Virus record (IMG/VR): IMGVR_UViG_3300044705_000115
Span: 1-64,000 of that record
Direction: 5' to 3' (one strand)
DNA length: 64,000 nt
Source: a virus
Shown: piece after piece, positions 8,701-17,174 of the stretch
Position numbering within the stretch: the stretch's first letter is position 1
Layout of the letters: every line of letters begins with the position of its first letter
Notes under the pieces: generated by a model
Seen by the model: only the letters and a program-made list of their open reading frames with translations
The model's database searches: none
What the model was told of the DNA's origin: nothing
Position numbers and translations under genes: made by a program

Positions 8701-10212
8701 CTGCCCTGGGATCGGCTGCGCCGAGTAGGACGACATCAGGACATGGCGGATCGCCAGCGGCGTAGCGAGCGTGTTGTTGCCGAACTGGAAGTTGGCCCCG
8801 AAGTTGAAGCTCTGCGAGAGGCCGGACATGATCGGCTTCTTGCCGTCGATCATGGCCTGCCAGTAGCTCGGCGCGTTCGTGTTCTTGTGGAAGACCGCGA
8901 CATCCGGCGAGCGGGTGCGGTTGTAGAGGTCCCAGGCGACGATGTCTTTGTGGCGGCCCTGCAGCGCCAGCGCCAGTTTGCGCTGCTCGTCCAGCTTGCC
9001 GAGTTCGGTTTTGCCGCCCTTGAACGCCTTGAACATCGAGGCCAGCGAGAGCGTGAAGCCGCTCGACGACCCATACTGGGCGGAATAGGCGTTCTTGACG
9101 ATTGACTGGATCGTCGCCTCGTAGTCCTTGTAGCTCTCGTCGATCAAGTCCTTCGCCTTGCCCGGCGAGTATTTGCCGAATCTCTGCATCAGCTCGGCGT
9201 AATGCTCCTGATCGACCGAGCCGAAGCGCTGCCACTCCTCCGGCTTGATCTTCGAGTGGGCGGGGATCGCGATGGAAGGGTCATGGGTCGTCGGATCGAC
9301 GTAGGGATCGACGGTCGCCACGCCGGATTCGATGCCCTTGGCCTTGTCCGATTTCAGAGCTACCGGCTTGCCCTCCTTCTTGGCGTCAGCGATGAACGCC
9401 TTGCCGCCCTCAAGGGAAGGGCTGAAGACGCCGGTTTCCGCGTCTTTGAAGCTCTTGCCGATGCGGTTGGCGATGACCTTCCCGCCCGCAAGGTGGGCGA
9501 CCTGCCACTCCTTGCCGTCTCCCGAGATGAAGGTCTCGCCGACCTTGATGAACTCGCCCGCCTTCGGCGTCCCTTTCGGCCAGCGGGGGTGCAGGGTCGG
9601 GTCCCACTTGCCCTCCATCAGCGCCTCCGCGAGGCTGGCGGCGGCGCTGCCGCCGAGGGCGAAGCTGTATCGGTCGCCCCCCCAGGCGAGCGTCACGCGC
9701 GAGAACGCGACCGGGATCGGCTTCTCGATATTCGGTCGCCGGCGGGCGTAGTCGAGCGTCATGTGCGGCGTGAAGCCGTGGTCGCGGCTCGGCGGCAGGC
9801 CCGCCTGGTCGAGCGTATCGACGAGTTCCTGCCGCAGCGGAGGGAGGTCGGGAAGATCGACCGAGAGGTAGGTGACCGGCCCAGCGATGAACTGACCGAC
9901 GCCGCTGATCTCTCCGCGCATCTCTTCCGGGCACTTCGCGGCCCAGGTCGCTACGACTCGCAGCGCGTCTTTGAGGTCGAGATCAGCGGCCTTCCCGAGG
10001 AACGCGAGCGTCACATGGAGTTCATCGGCGTCCTCGCCGTCGGCGATGGCCAGCTCGGCCGCCGTGGCGGCGTCGGGGAAGAGAGCGACCATCGCGCCTT
10101 GCTTGGTCGCCGCCGTCGCGGCCTCCATAAGGGAAGCGGCAGCGGTGTCAGCGAGCAGTTCGTCGGGGTCGCCGTCAGCCTCGACCGGCTCGAAGACAGG
10201 TTCGCGCAGCAC
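5704..10212 (-). CDS. giant (~1500 aa) multidomain protein: 2H phosphoesterase + possible ART-like domain + SH3/KOW-like repeats
   Basis: HVTL and HMTL HxT motifs; WDPTLHPRWPKGTPKAGEF; about nine (D/E/N)L..GD.F-type repeats; start GTG 7 nt after TACCCT. Confidence 0.85.
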   Translation of the reverse strand: MLREPVFEPVEADGDPDELLADTAAASLMEAATAATKQGAMVALFPDAATAAELAIADGEDADELHVTLAFLGKAADLDLKDALRVVATWAAKCPEEMRGEISGVGQFIAGPVTYLSVDLPDLPPLRQELVDTLDQAGLPPSRDHGFTPHMTLDYARRRPNIEKPIPVAFSRVTLAWGGDRYSFALGGSAAASLAEALMEGKWDPTLHPRWPKGTPKAGEFIKVGETFISGDGKEWQVAHLAGGKVIANRIGKSFKDAETGVFSPSLEGGKAFIADAKKEGKPVALKSDKAKGIESGVATVDPYVDPTTHDPSIAIPAHSKIKPEEWQRFGSVDQEHYAELMQRFGKYSPGKAKDLIDESYKDYEATIQSIVKNAYSAQYGSSSGFTLSLASMFKAFKGGKTELGKLDEQRKLALALQGRHKDIVAWDLYNRTRSPDVAVFHKNTNAPSYWQAMIDGKKPIMSGLSQSFNFGANFQFGNNTLATPLAIRHVLMSSYSAQPIPGQTHFVGELEISVAEQIKIDKRSMYFSLYDITENQKKWLMGVTKAPSGGATIERFRDAIENGEMLPTPPAPPDVQMQGQAQKLWIDPPAEAAEFSARFADKLPSQQSKPWTPAELDKSGPWAFKNADGTPKATVAKESELKPGDYMMGLKGTLYLIVEDPGDDTGFGLRYVKIENGKFTGESYNFEGGGQNQYFKLSEHYDLPDPHKLQAESELFDPNAWVNGTGEKFTGQMAEGEKFKVNGNPYEVKAQINGAKTQILDLMTGKVGTINTDYKTPTLVAKEGYVPDEEDVAAPQLTPQKGMTLPYQGKKHTITKVLKDGTIKAKPSGGKVVAISPDDEALADLYDPQAHKIGSKIKVGDLAVGDLFHGGRGQSQRPYLVTGTEGNKVLWKNLDTGEAGVSTKSKVVRRLLDAEASPAPDEPKNTPKSADAPFSADDYVPGAELQVADLEHGDKFVDWTGNVYEAVFGDPNASTEPGKKPVKNLASGDVTAYPDDAKVTELWAKNELGEKAIPHDQLKPEDSTTLSNLEVGDYFKDGGELFKVQAKGGPEDNLTVAMVQPSGHLSASETAWSYPDKPITFIGKNPAIHAESPAPSSSGMPSHVEEGGFEAYISKHGSGGKYTHDKIGDMPVGTIFRGKEGKLWKVKANDGDVIVTDGQLLYSADPKLRGRAVTADFNDATGPLPGPGTDPGQADAAKGLLPNSDETPIGKLPVGTKVTIAGYAYTVGASKGKHPEDAVVEMTDPDGAKFSVKAELIPDKVKLTAKGDDELKKALASENIESIHEGETFFGNDLKDYTVIAKSLDGVVLQDAQGNFHKAPPGATTSDWPLAPAKPAAGVKPMPGEFVVSDLKPGEKYTTTNGANEVVAHTVDGNTIIKDEGGSLNQLPSTLVLKDTQKLDPTAALQSQWSPDVEKVLAEAGQAMDDVPTSELNGYTSKWGSKGKYMHYRLEELEPGAVITDKDGTIASVVGPGPEGKTLVGFKSGSLGLIDAKTRVKRIDG

Positions 10213-10228
10213 GCGAGGAAGGGTAGGG

Positions 10229-10411
10229 CTAGAGGCGGCTGATCTGAATCGACTCGCCGCACTTGATGCACGTAACGGCCCCAGCGCCGCGAGATTTGGC
10301 TGTCGCAAGCACCGCCTCTGAGACTGCGTGACGACCTCCCTCCGCGCACTCCAGGCTGTCCGCCTTCATGCCCTGCTGCTTCAGCGAGACTCCCGGTCCT
10401 TCGGCTTTCAT
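10229..10411 (-). CDS. small Zn-binding hypothetical protein
   Basis: C/H and CxxC motifs; GGAGAG RBS. Confidence 0.55.
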   Translation of the reverse strand: MKAEGPGVSLKQQGMKADSLECAEGGRHAVSEAVLATAKSRGAGAVTCIKCGESIQISRL

Positions 10412-10420
10412 GGCGCTCTC

Positions 10421-10582
10421 CTAGTAGCTGATCTCGGGCGGCGCTTCCTCGCCGATCCCTGGATTGGCCCGCTTGCGGCGGGGTCGTCGACGGCGGGCGG
10501 CCTTCGCCCTCGTCCGCGCGGCCGCTTCGGCGGCCGAAGCCTTCGGTTTGCGCTTCGAGGGCTTGGACTTCGGTCGCTTCAT
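10421..10582 (-). CDS. small basic protein
   Basis: MKRPKSKPSKRKPK...; ATGA overlap with upstream gene. Confidence 0.5.
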   Translation of the reverse strand: MKRPKSKPSKRKPKASAAEAAARTRAKAARRRRPRRKRANPGIGEEAPPEISY

Positions 10583-10881
10583 CGCGGCACGTTCTGGGAG
10601 CGAACGGTGAAGGAGCGCTCCTCCGCGCCCTGGTGATTCCCAGCCCCATCGAAGGCGTACCACCACCGGCCCGACCGATCAACGATGATCGTCGCCCTGT
10701 AGACCCCCGTTTCCACTTTGGAAACAGTTGGCGTCAGGTAGTCAGAGGCGGGTGCTTTCGGTGGTCGCACCGTGCAGACGACCACTTCGGGATCAACCCG
10801 TTCCTTGGTGGTCGCGTCGGTGAAGACGACGGTCAGAATCGGCTGGTCGCCGATGTCGTAGATGTTCTCCTGGTCGCTCAC
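10579..10881 (-). CDS. Ig-like/BppU-like small structural protein
   Basis: YDIGD..L.V.FTD..VDP..TGVYRA..SGRWWY beta-rich pattern; follows the tail-fibre-like gene. Confidence 0.55.
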   Translation of the reverse strand: MSDQENIYDIGDQPILTVVFTDATTKERVDPEVVVCTVRPPKAPASDYLTPTVSKVETGVYRATIIVDRSGRWWYAFDGAGNHQGAEERSFTVRSQNVPR

Positions 10882-13800
10882 GAGAAGCCGTCCGTCATCG
10901 ACAGGTTAGTCGCGGCGCGGTCGTCCGTGTCGCTGCTGAGCGCCGCGATGTCCTCGAGGGAGGTCTTGGTCGAGAGCAGGTCTGCCAGCGCCAGGATCGC
11001 TTTGTGGGCCGCCATGCCTTCCGGCCTGACCCGCTCTTCAAGGTCGGTGAGCTCGTGGAGCGCCTTGACCTGATCCCGTCGCAGGCCCTCTGCGATCGAC
11101 AGCGCCTCGTGGATGTTGACGCCGAGGTTGTGGAGGGTGGTGACCGCATCGTCGAAGGCTGCGGCGTCCTTCGGCGTCAGGCCCAGGCCGCGGCTGCGGA
11201 AGTCGAACGGCAGGATGTGGTCGCGCAGAGACAGGGCGTAGCTGCGGCGCATCTGGTCGGTGAAGGAAGCCGTGTCGCGGCGCCGGGCGGCGGCGCTGGC
11301 ATTCCGCCCGTCAGCAGCGGTCGCCGCGTCGCGGATGCCCTTGCCGGGGCCGCTCCGCCGGCCATCGACCAGAGCGAAGGCGGCTTTCAGTACTTCGGCC
11401 ACATGGTTGCTCCGGGCGTCCTGGGGGATGACCATCTCGTGCAGCGACTTTGAGATCGAGCGCCGCGCCAGCTCGCTCGCCGCGATGCTCTCCGGCCGTC
11501 GCAAGCCGATGCCGCGCCGTACGTGTTCGCCGAGAGCGAGCAGATCGCCGAGGTGCTTGGCGATGGCGCTCGCGTGGCTGTCGGGGACGAAGATGCCCTC
11601 TCGCATGAGGCGCCGGAAGCCGAGCGAGCGGTGATCAGAGACCGTCGCTGCATCTGCCCGTTTGAAGACCGCCGCCCACATCCGCTCGAGCGCGTCTTTG
11701 ACGACTGCGTGCTCGTGGGGGTTGGTGCCTTTGGCGGCCAGGGCTTCGATGGCGTCTTCGAGGGAGAAGAGGTCGGCCACGTTGACGACAGCACCCCAGG
11801 CCCGCTCGCTTTCGTCGGTCAGCACTAGCGCCTCCGCCAGGTGCTTGCCAGCGGCGACCCGGGCGGCATCCAGCAGGCCCAGGGAGTCCGCTGCACGAAG
11901 CTTCGCCGCCCAGGCCCTCGCCACCGCATCGGCGACCTCGACCATGTTGCCGATGCCGATCCCCTCGATCGGGTGGATGGCGTCGGAGACACCGACCATC
12001 TCGGAGAGGCCTTTGCCAACGGCGAGGCGCCGGGCGGCGCTGACGCTGAGCGAGTCGCTGGTGTGAATTCCCGCTGCGCGGCGCACGACTGCGGCCACGG
12101 CTGCCGCGTCAGCCCTCCTCAGCGCCGTAGAGAGCCTGCGCGAGTCCACGGGGGAGAGATGTTCGTCGAGGGCGACATGGGCCGCCCAGACGCTCACAAG
12201 CGCGTCGGAGAGATCGGCGATCTCGTCGATTTCGAGTTCCTGGCCCAGCTTGACGATGAAGTCGTCGCTGAGGGGAATCGAGTCCGCGAGCGAGCGCCGC
12301 GCGATCCAGGCATGGATCAGCAGCTCTTCCAGCAGCGCCGCGTCGGCGATCCGCTTGGATCCGCTCCGCCTCAGCGAGTCGGTCGGGCTGGCAGCGTCTT
12401 TCCGTCGGACGCCGGGGCGCAGGTTGTCAGCATCGGCGGTGGCGAAGGCGTCTTTGCGGGCCACGCCGGCGCGGCGATGCATCACATCGACGATGGTCGC
12501 CGCCTCCGACTTCCGCAGGCCCAGCGTCCGCGCCAGTTTGTCGGTCAGGGCCACCGAGTCCGCCCGCTTCCCGCCCGCCGTGCGTTTGATCGCGTCGGCG
12601 AGGGCGATGATGTCTTTGCGCTGCGGGCCTGCCGCGCGTTTCAGCAGGTCGCTGAGCGCCTGGGTATCGCTGCGCTTCATGCCAGGCCGCTTGCTCCGCG
12701 ACTCCGAGACCGAGAGCAGCGCATCGGTGCGTTTCATCTGGTCGGCGCCTTTGCGCGACTCCGAGGGCGCCACGCTGTCTTCGAGTTTCAGCGTTTTCGC
12801 TTCGCCAGCAGCAGCCTTGAAGCCGATCTGGATGCCGATCGTCGCTTCCGCTTCGCTGACCGTGAAGTTCAGTTCGCCAGTCGCCGTTTCTTTCGTCGGC
12901 ACGACCTTGCGGGCGACGTACTGGGCGTGGGTGCTTTCCACGGCATCGTCGTGGGTCAGGATCGACGCTGCAGGGTAGGCGGTCACTGGGTGCCCGACGG
13001 TGCCACCCACCCAGGCCAGAAGCAGCTCGTCGGCGAATCCGGTGGTCAGCCCTTTCGTTTTCAGCGTGGTCGATGAGGCATTGGTCTGGTTGGTCGAGGT
13101 GTCCAGTCCGACTTTGCCGCCCGAGCGCGGGCGGAAGGACATCACGACAGCCTGGATGCTTGCCGATCCAGACCATTCGATTTTGAGGCTCTGAGAGCCG
13201 TCGTCTTCCTTCCAGAAGACCGCCTGGCGGTCGGTCGAACTCGCTACATCGACCGCCTTTTCCCAGCCAGCAGTGAAGCCGGTGATCGCTGGCGGCGGCG
13301 TCGTGTGGAAGTTGACGAGGACGACGAGCAGATCGCCTTTTTCGGCCCCAGTTGGCCGCGTATAGGTTTTCGAGCTGGAGACGCCTTCGTTGAATTCCGC
13401 CTTCTTGCCCGTCATGAACCAGCGGGCCGGGCGGACGCTGAAGGAGACGTTGGCACGTTCGGCCGAGGTCGCTGCGGTGGCGATCATGGTGCCGGTCGCG
13501 CCAGCCTTCGGCAGGATCGCCGAGGCAACCATGAGCGAGCCGCCGTCGCCTTCCGCCGTCGTGTTGTCGATGCGCTCGTTGATCGACGTGACGGAAGCGT
13601 TGGTCTGAGCGGAGAACTCGGCCGTGCCGGTCGCATCGGGCAGCGAGCCAGCCGAGGCGAAGAAGATGAGGTCGTTATCGACTTTCGTCGTGTGGCCGAA
13701 GACCTGCACTTCTTTGCTCGCGGCCTGCGTGTTGAATTCGCCTTCGTCGAAGGGGTTGTCGCGATCGAAGGTGCCAGCCTTGACGGCGATGATCCGTGCC

Positions 13801-14663
13801 ATCTGGTGATCGCCCGTGTCGGGGACGGTGCGCCCAGGCGCCGTCGACGTGGCGACCTGCCAGAGCACAGTCAGCCGCGTGTTCCCTTTCAGGTTCGATT
13901 CGCCGAAGACATTGCTCCAGCCCGAGATCGTCGGCACCGTTCCCGACCCCTGCGATTCGATGAACATCAGCAGCAGGTCGTCCAGCACGACCCCAGCGGG
14001 CATCCCCGGCGTGATCGTGCCGGTGCCAGCGGCGATGGCACCGACAGCGCGGACTTCCGGCGCCGTGGTCGTGAGCTGGAAGGCGCCTACGTTGGCGACG
14101 CGGCCAGCGGTGCCAGCGATGCCTTCTGACCAGAAGAAGATCGCAGCCCTGAGGGCTACCGATTCCGGCACAGCCCCCGTCGTGCTGAAGGCTTCCGACC
14201 AGGCACCGCCCGTTTTCCGCCAAGCCGTGAGTTTGCCGCTCGGCTCCCAGCTCAGAGCAAAGGAGTCGCCCGCAGCGAGGCCGACTCCGGTTTTTTCCGT
14301 GCCTGCCGGGATGCTGGTGCCGAACAGCGAGAGGGTGCAGGTCGAGGTGCCGGTGCGGATGATCGCCAGCCCTGCTTTCTGGTTTTCCCCAGCGACGCCG
14401 AACTGCATTTCGACCGCTTGGCTGGTGGCTGGCAGAACCGGGATTTCAAAGCCGATTAGGCCTCCGACAGTCCAGACCTGAGCGGTTTTGCGCCGTGCGC
14501 CAGCCGAGCCTTTTTCAGCAGTGATCGTCCATCCGGTAGAAGTCGCCTGGCCGCTGTTGGCTACAGCTTCGGAGGCTTTTTCCCATTCACCAGCGAGCGG
14601 GTTTTCGGTGCGCTTCAGCGTGTCGATGACCCCGAGGCCTTCGACCTGTTCTTTGACCGTCAT
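10878..14663 (-). CDS. tail fibre/receptor-binding-like protein with repetitive C-terminal shaft
   Basis: 1261 aa; N-terminal lectin-like beta domains (P.G...GDLL repeats), C-terminal ~17-21 aa R.D...L.D repeats. Confidence 0.65.
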   Translation of the reverse strand: MTVKEQVEGLGVIDTLKRTENPLAGEWEKASEAVANSGQATSTGWTITAEKGSAGARRKTAQVWTVGGLIGFEIPVLPATSQAVEMQFGVAGENQKAGLAIIRTGTSTCTLSLFGTSIPAGTEKTGVGLAAGDSFALSWEPSGKLTAWRKTGGAWSEAFSTTGAVPESVALRAAIFFWSEGIAGTAGRVANVGAFQLTTTAPEVRAVGAIAAGTGTITPGMPAGVVLDDLLLMFIESQGSGTVPTISGWSNVFGESNLKGNTRLTVLWQVATSTAPGRTVPDTGDHQMARIIAVKAGTFDRDNPFDEGEFNTQAASKEVQVFGHTTKVDNDLIFFASAGSLPDATGTAEFSAQTNASVTSINERIDNTTAEGDGGSLMVASAILPKAGATGTMIATAATSAERANVSFSVRPARWFMTGKKAEFNEGVSSSKTYTRPTGAEKGDLLVVLVNFHTTPPPAITGFTAGWEKAVDVASSTDRQAVFWKEDDGSQSLKIEWSGSASIQAVVMSFRPRSGGKVGLDTSTNQTNASSTTLKTKGLTTGFADELLLAWVGGTVGHPVTAYPAASILTHDDAVESTHAQYVARKVVPTKETATGELNFTVSEAEATIGIQIGFKAAAGEAKTLKLEDSVAPSESRKGADQMKRTDALLSVSESRSKRPGMKRSDTQALSDLLKRAAGPQRKDIIALADAIKRTAGGKRADSVALTDKLARTLGLRKSEAATIVDVMHRRAGVARKDAFATADADNLRPGVRRKDAASPTDSLRRSGSKRIADAALLEELLIHAWIARRSLADSIPLSDDFIVKLGQELEIDEIADLSDALVSVWAAHVALDEHLSPVDSRRLSTALRRADAAAVAAVVRRAAGIHTSDSLSVSAARRLAVGKGLSEMVGVSDAIHPIEGIGIGNMVEVADAVARAWAAKLRAADSLGLLDAARVAAGKHLAEALVLTDESERAWGAVVNVADLFSLEDAIEALAAKGTNPHEHAVVKDALERMWAAVFKRADAATVSDHRSLGFRRLMREGIFVPDSHASAIAKHLGDLLALGEHVRRGIGLRRPESIAASELARRSISKSLHEMVIPQDARSNHVAEVLKAAFALVDGRRSGPGKGIRDAATAADGRNASAAARRRDTASFTDQMRRSYALSLRDHILPFDFRSRGLGLTPKDAAAFDDAVTTLHNLGVNIHEALSIAEGLRRDQVKALHELTDLEERVRPEGMAAHKAILALADLLSTKTSLEDIAALSSDTDDRAATNLSMTDGFS

Positions 14664-14684
14664 CGGGGTTCTCCCCCGGCGGCC

Positions 14685-15134
14685 TTATTCGACCGTGATC
14701 GTCCAGGTGATCGTGAGGGTGTCTTCCGACCCCTTGTTCACGACCGAGAAGACCGCGCGAGCGAACAGCGTGCCTTCCGAGGACGCCGAGAAGATGCCCG
14801 CCTCAGTGATGGCCCCCGTGCCGTCGCCAGCGAGCCATTCGGCTTTGATCGTGACGACTTTGCCCGAGCGCGTCTTTTCCGCGATGGCGTTGCGGTCGAG
14901 CTCGGTTTTGAGTTTGGTGTCGCCGGCGGCGGCGGCTTCGGTGCCGGTTCCGATCGCCATGTGCGTCGGCTTGCCGAGCGTGGGAGCCGCAAGCAGGTTG
15001 TCGGCGATGCCTTCTTTGCCGACCGTCGGGATGAGGTTGTGGATCTCCTCGCGCTGCTTCAGCTCGCCGTCAGGCCCGATCAGATCGACCTGGACGTTGA
15101 TGCTGAAATCGGGCTTCTCGATGACGGCGGGCAT
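14685..15134 (-). CDS. phage tail-collar/fibre-associated structural protein
   Basis: HMAIGTGTEAAAAGDTKLKTEL..ITEAGIF..LFAR..TLTITWTIT. Confidence 0.75.
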   Translation of the reverse strand: MPAVIEKPDFSINVQVDLIGPDGELKQREEIHNLIPTVGKEGIADNLLAAPTLGKPTHMAIGTGTEAAAAGDTKLKTELDRNAIAEKTRSGKVVTIKAEWLAGDGTGAITEAGIFSASSEGTLFARAVFSVVNKGSEDTLTITWTITVE

Positions 15135-15252
15135 GTCGCTCCTTGGCGGGAGGATTGGCGGCTGCTGCGGGTGAAGGTAGCAGCGGCAGCAGCCAGTACC
15201 CGGAGAAAAACTTCTGGGAGGAGATGGCGCCGTGGCGGCGAAGGAAGCTGGT

Positions 15253-15298
15253 GCGGGGCCGGTCGGCTGGGAGGCCGCCTTAGGTCCGCCGGCCCCGC
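15253..15298 (-). terminator. GC-rich hairpin downstream of tRNA cluster
   Basis: GCGGGGCCGG ... CCGGCCCCGC 10-bp inverted repeat; no clear U tract. Confidence 0.4.
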
Positions 15299-15312
15299 GT
15301 CGAGTGGATCAG

Positions 15313-15383
15313 CGAGGGACCAGGGAATCGAACCCCGACAGTGCGGCTTTGGAGACCGACCGGCACAACCTACGCTGTCCCCC
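15313..15383 (-). tRNA. tRNA-Trp(CCA), reduced D arm
   Basis: GGGGGAC/GTCCCTC acceptor, loop CTCCAAA, T arm CGGGG-TTCGATT-CCCTG. Confidence 0.75.
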
Positions 15384-15477
15384 AAGCTTGGCCCGATTCC
15401 CTCGTCACTCAGTTGGGTTGATCATCCGCATCGCCGAGGCGAGAGGCGTACATAGAGGCGGAGGGGCCAGAACCGGA

Positions 15478-15549
15478 TAGCGAGGGCGGGGATCGAACCC
15501 GCGACTTCCGGGTTATGAGCCCGGCGTTCTGCCACTGAACTACCTCGCA
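15478..15549 (-). tRNA. tRNA-Met(CAT), initiator-like
   Basis: Loop CTCATAA, GGG/CCC anticodon stem, 1:72 mismatch (U:U). Confidence 0.92.
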
Positions 15550-15585
15550 GCGTTGGCGCCAGTGTAGCGATCCTGCTGCTGAAAG

Positions 15586-15659
15586 TCGGGACGCCGAGAC
15601 TCGAACTCGGAACCTTGCGGACCCAAACCGCACGCGCTGCCAGATTGCGCCACGCCCCG
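15586..15659 (-). tRNA. tRNA-Pro(TGG)
   Basis: CGGGGCG/CGTCCCG, loop TTTGGGT, GTTCGAG. Confidence 0.93.
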
Positions 15660-15674
15660 TAGGTGTTCTGCGGA

Positions 15675-15747
15675 TGGGACGGGCTGGAATCGAACCAGCG
15701 GCCTTGGGTGTTTCAAGCCCACGCTCTTCCTACTGAGCTACCGCCCC
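15675..15747 (-). tRNA. tRNA-Phe(GAA)
   Basis: GGGGCGG/CCGTCCC, loop TTGAAAC, GGTTCGATTCC. Confidence 0.9.
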
Positions 15748-15845
15748 GAGGAGATTCAGGCGGCAGGGACGCGCAGAACCGGCCCTGCCGCTAGGCGGGC
15801 GGTCGAAATCGGAGCGCGTCGGCCAGAAGAGCCATGCGAGGCAGT

Positions 15846-16766
15846 CTAACAGCGGGACATTTCCCGAGAGAAGACGCGACCCAGCTTGGTCAGCTCGATC
15901 ATTTCGCGGTCGAGTTCGGCTTCGCCGAGAACCGCTTCGATCTGAACCTCAACCTGTCTCGCGCCCGGCTTGTAGGCCACGCTTTTTTCGCGGCCCACCA
16001 GCGGTACTTCGTTCCGATCCATCCGTTCGGTGACCGTCTTCACCACCCAGGCTTCTGAGAGTCCGACGATCTTGAACCTGACCTGCAGCGGTTCAACGCC
16101 TTCTTCCTTTGCGATGCGGGTCGTGTCGAAGAGGAGCAGCGTGCAGATGACGCGAACCTTCGGGGACGGGCGGCTCTGCCCATGCCATAGGTAGTGCTGC
16201 GGGTTGCGATAGCTGGCAGAGGGGAAGTCATCGACGATGACGGGGCGGGGCGGGGGCAGCGTCGCGGGGTCGAACAGCTCGCCCATCTGCAAGCCAGCAG
16301 CTCGCAGTTCGCCCGGCGTGTCGCAGAGCGGCAGGTCGTAGCGCTCCGCGACCTTCTCCGCCAGCGGTGACCAGCGCAGCGCAACTGGGAGCCCCTTCTC
16401 CGACCGCAGGCCGCGGCGGTGCTTGGTGGTCTCGCCGAAAGCGAGGAAGGCGCCGAAGACGAAGTTTTCTTCGGCAGTCAGCTTGAAGATGGAGGTATCG
16501 GCCGGACGCACATGCTCCAAGATCGGCGTCTCGTAGGTACGGGGGATCTCGTAGTAGCCGTAGAGTCCGCAGGTGCATCCACTCTGGCCGGGCGTATGGT
16601 CCCGTGGCTTCTTCGGGCAAACGGCGGAGACAGTCTTCCCCGGAACTCCCCACGGGTTCTTGCCACCCCGCAGGTAGTTCCGGTAGCGAGCGGTGAGGAG
16701 GTCTTCTTCGACCCCCCACTCGCGGAAGACGATGATCGGCTTCGCCGAGTTCTCCGGCTCGGACAT
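15846..16766 (-). CDS. hypothetical protein with CxCG metal-binding motif
   Basis: FREW..AVC..H.P..GCTCGLYGY; start trimmed to MSEPENS. Confidence 0.75.
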   Translation of the reverse strand: MSEPENSAKPIIVFREWGVEEDLLTARYRNYLRGGKNPWGVPGKTVSAVCPKKPRDHTPGQSGCTCGLYGYYEIPRTYETPILEHVRPADTSIFKLTAEENFVFGAFLAFGETTKHRRGLRSEKGLPVALRWSPLAEKVAERYDLPLCDTPGELRAAGLQMGELFDPATLPPPRPVIVDDFPSASYRNPQHYLWHGQSRPSPKVRVICTLLLFDTTRIAKEEGVEPLQVRFKIVGLSEAWVVKTVTERMDRNEVPLVGREKSVAYKPGARQVEVQIEAVLGEAELDREMIELTKLGRVFSREMSRC

Positions 16767-16773
16767 CGCGCCT

Positions 16774-16929
16774 CTAGGCCGGAACCTTCTCCGGCTCCTT
16801 CTCGGGTGCGGGCGCGGCGGGAACCGGCTCAGGCTCCCGCTCCGGCGCACGCTCGGGCTCGCGCGGCGTCTTGACGGGGACGGGATCGGGGATCCGCGTC
16901 GTCTCGATCTCTTCTCCGAGTTCTCCCAT
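16774..16929 (-). CDS. short Pro/Glu-rich peptide
   Basis: MGELGEEIETTRIPDPVPVKTPREPERAPEREPEPVPAAPAPEKEPEKVPA; GAGGAG RBS. Confidence 0.65.
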   Translation of the reverse strand: MGELGEEIETTRIPDPVPVKTPREPERAPEREPEPVPAAPAPEKEPEKVPA

Positions 16930-16940
16930 GATCTCCTCTC

Positions 16941-17174
16941 CTAGTTGGGGAATGTCCAGGCCGTGAAGGGGACGTAGTCGTATCCGGGCGGCGGCGCTGG
17001 TGCCCCGCCGCGCAGTTCGAGGAAGGCGCCGAGAACGTAGGGTAGCCAGCCCGGAAACGCCCACACGGAGCGCTCCCCTGGCTTCCCTGCAACGCGCAGG
17101 AAGCGCTGGAAATTCTCGACCTCGCGCCGGTCGTGCGGGGTCAGTGAGATCAGGGTCTCGGCGAAGCTAGGCAT
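16941..17174 (-). CDS. hypothetical protein
   Basis: Overlaps the upstream stop. Confidence 0.55.
   Translation of the reverse strand: MPSFAETLISLTPHDRREVENFQRFLRVAGKPGERSVWAFPGWLPYVLGAFLELRGGAPAPPPGYDYVPFTAWTFPN

Noticed and set aside
5395-14481. Long plus-strand ORFs (e.g. 5395-7425, 7657-9105, 9202-10242, 11841-13076)
   Set aside because: Antisense shadows of high-GC minus-strand genes; no motifs or RBS
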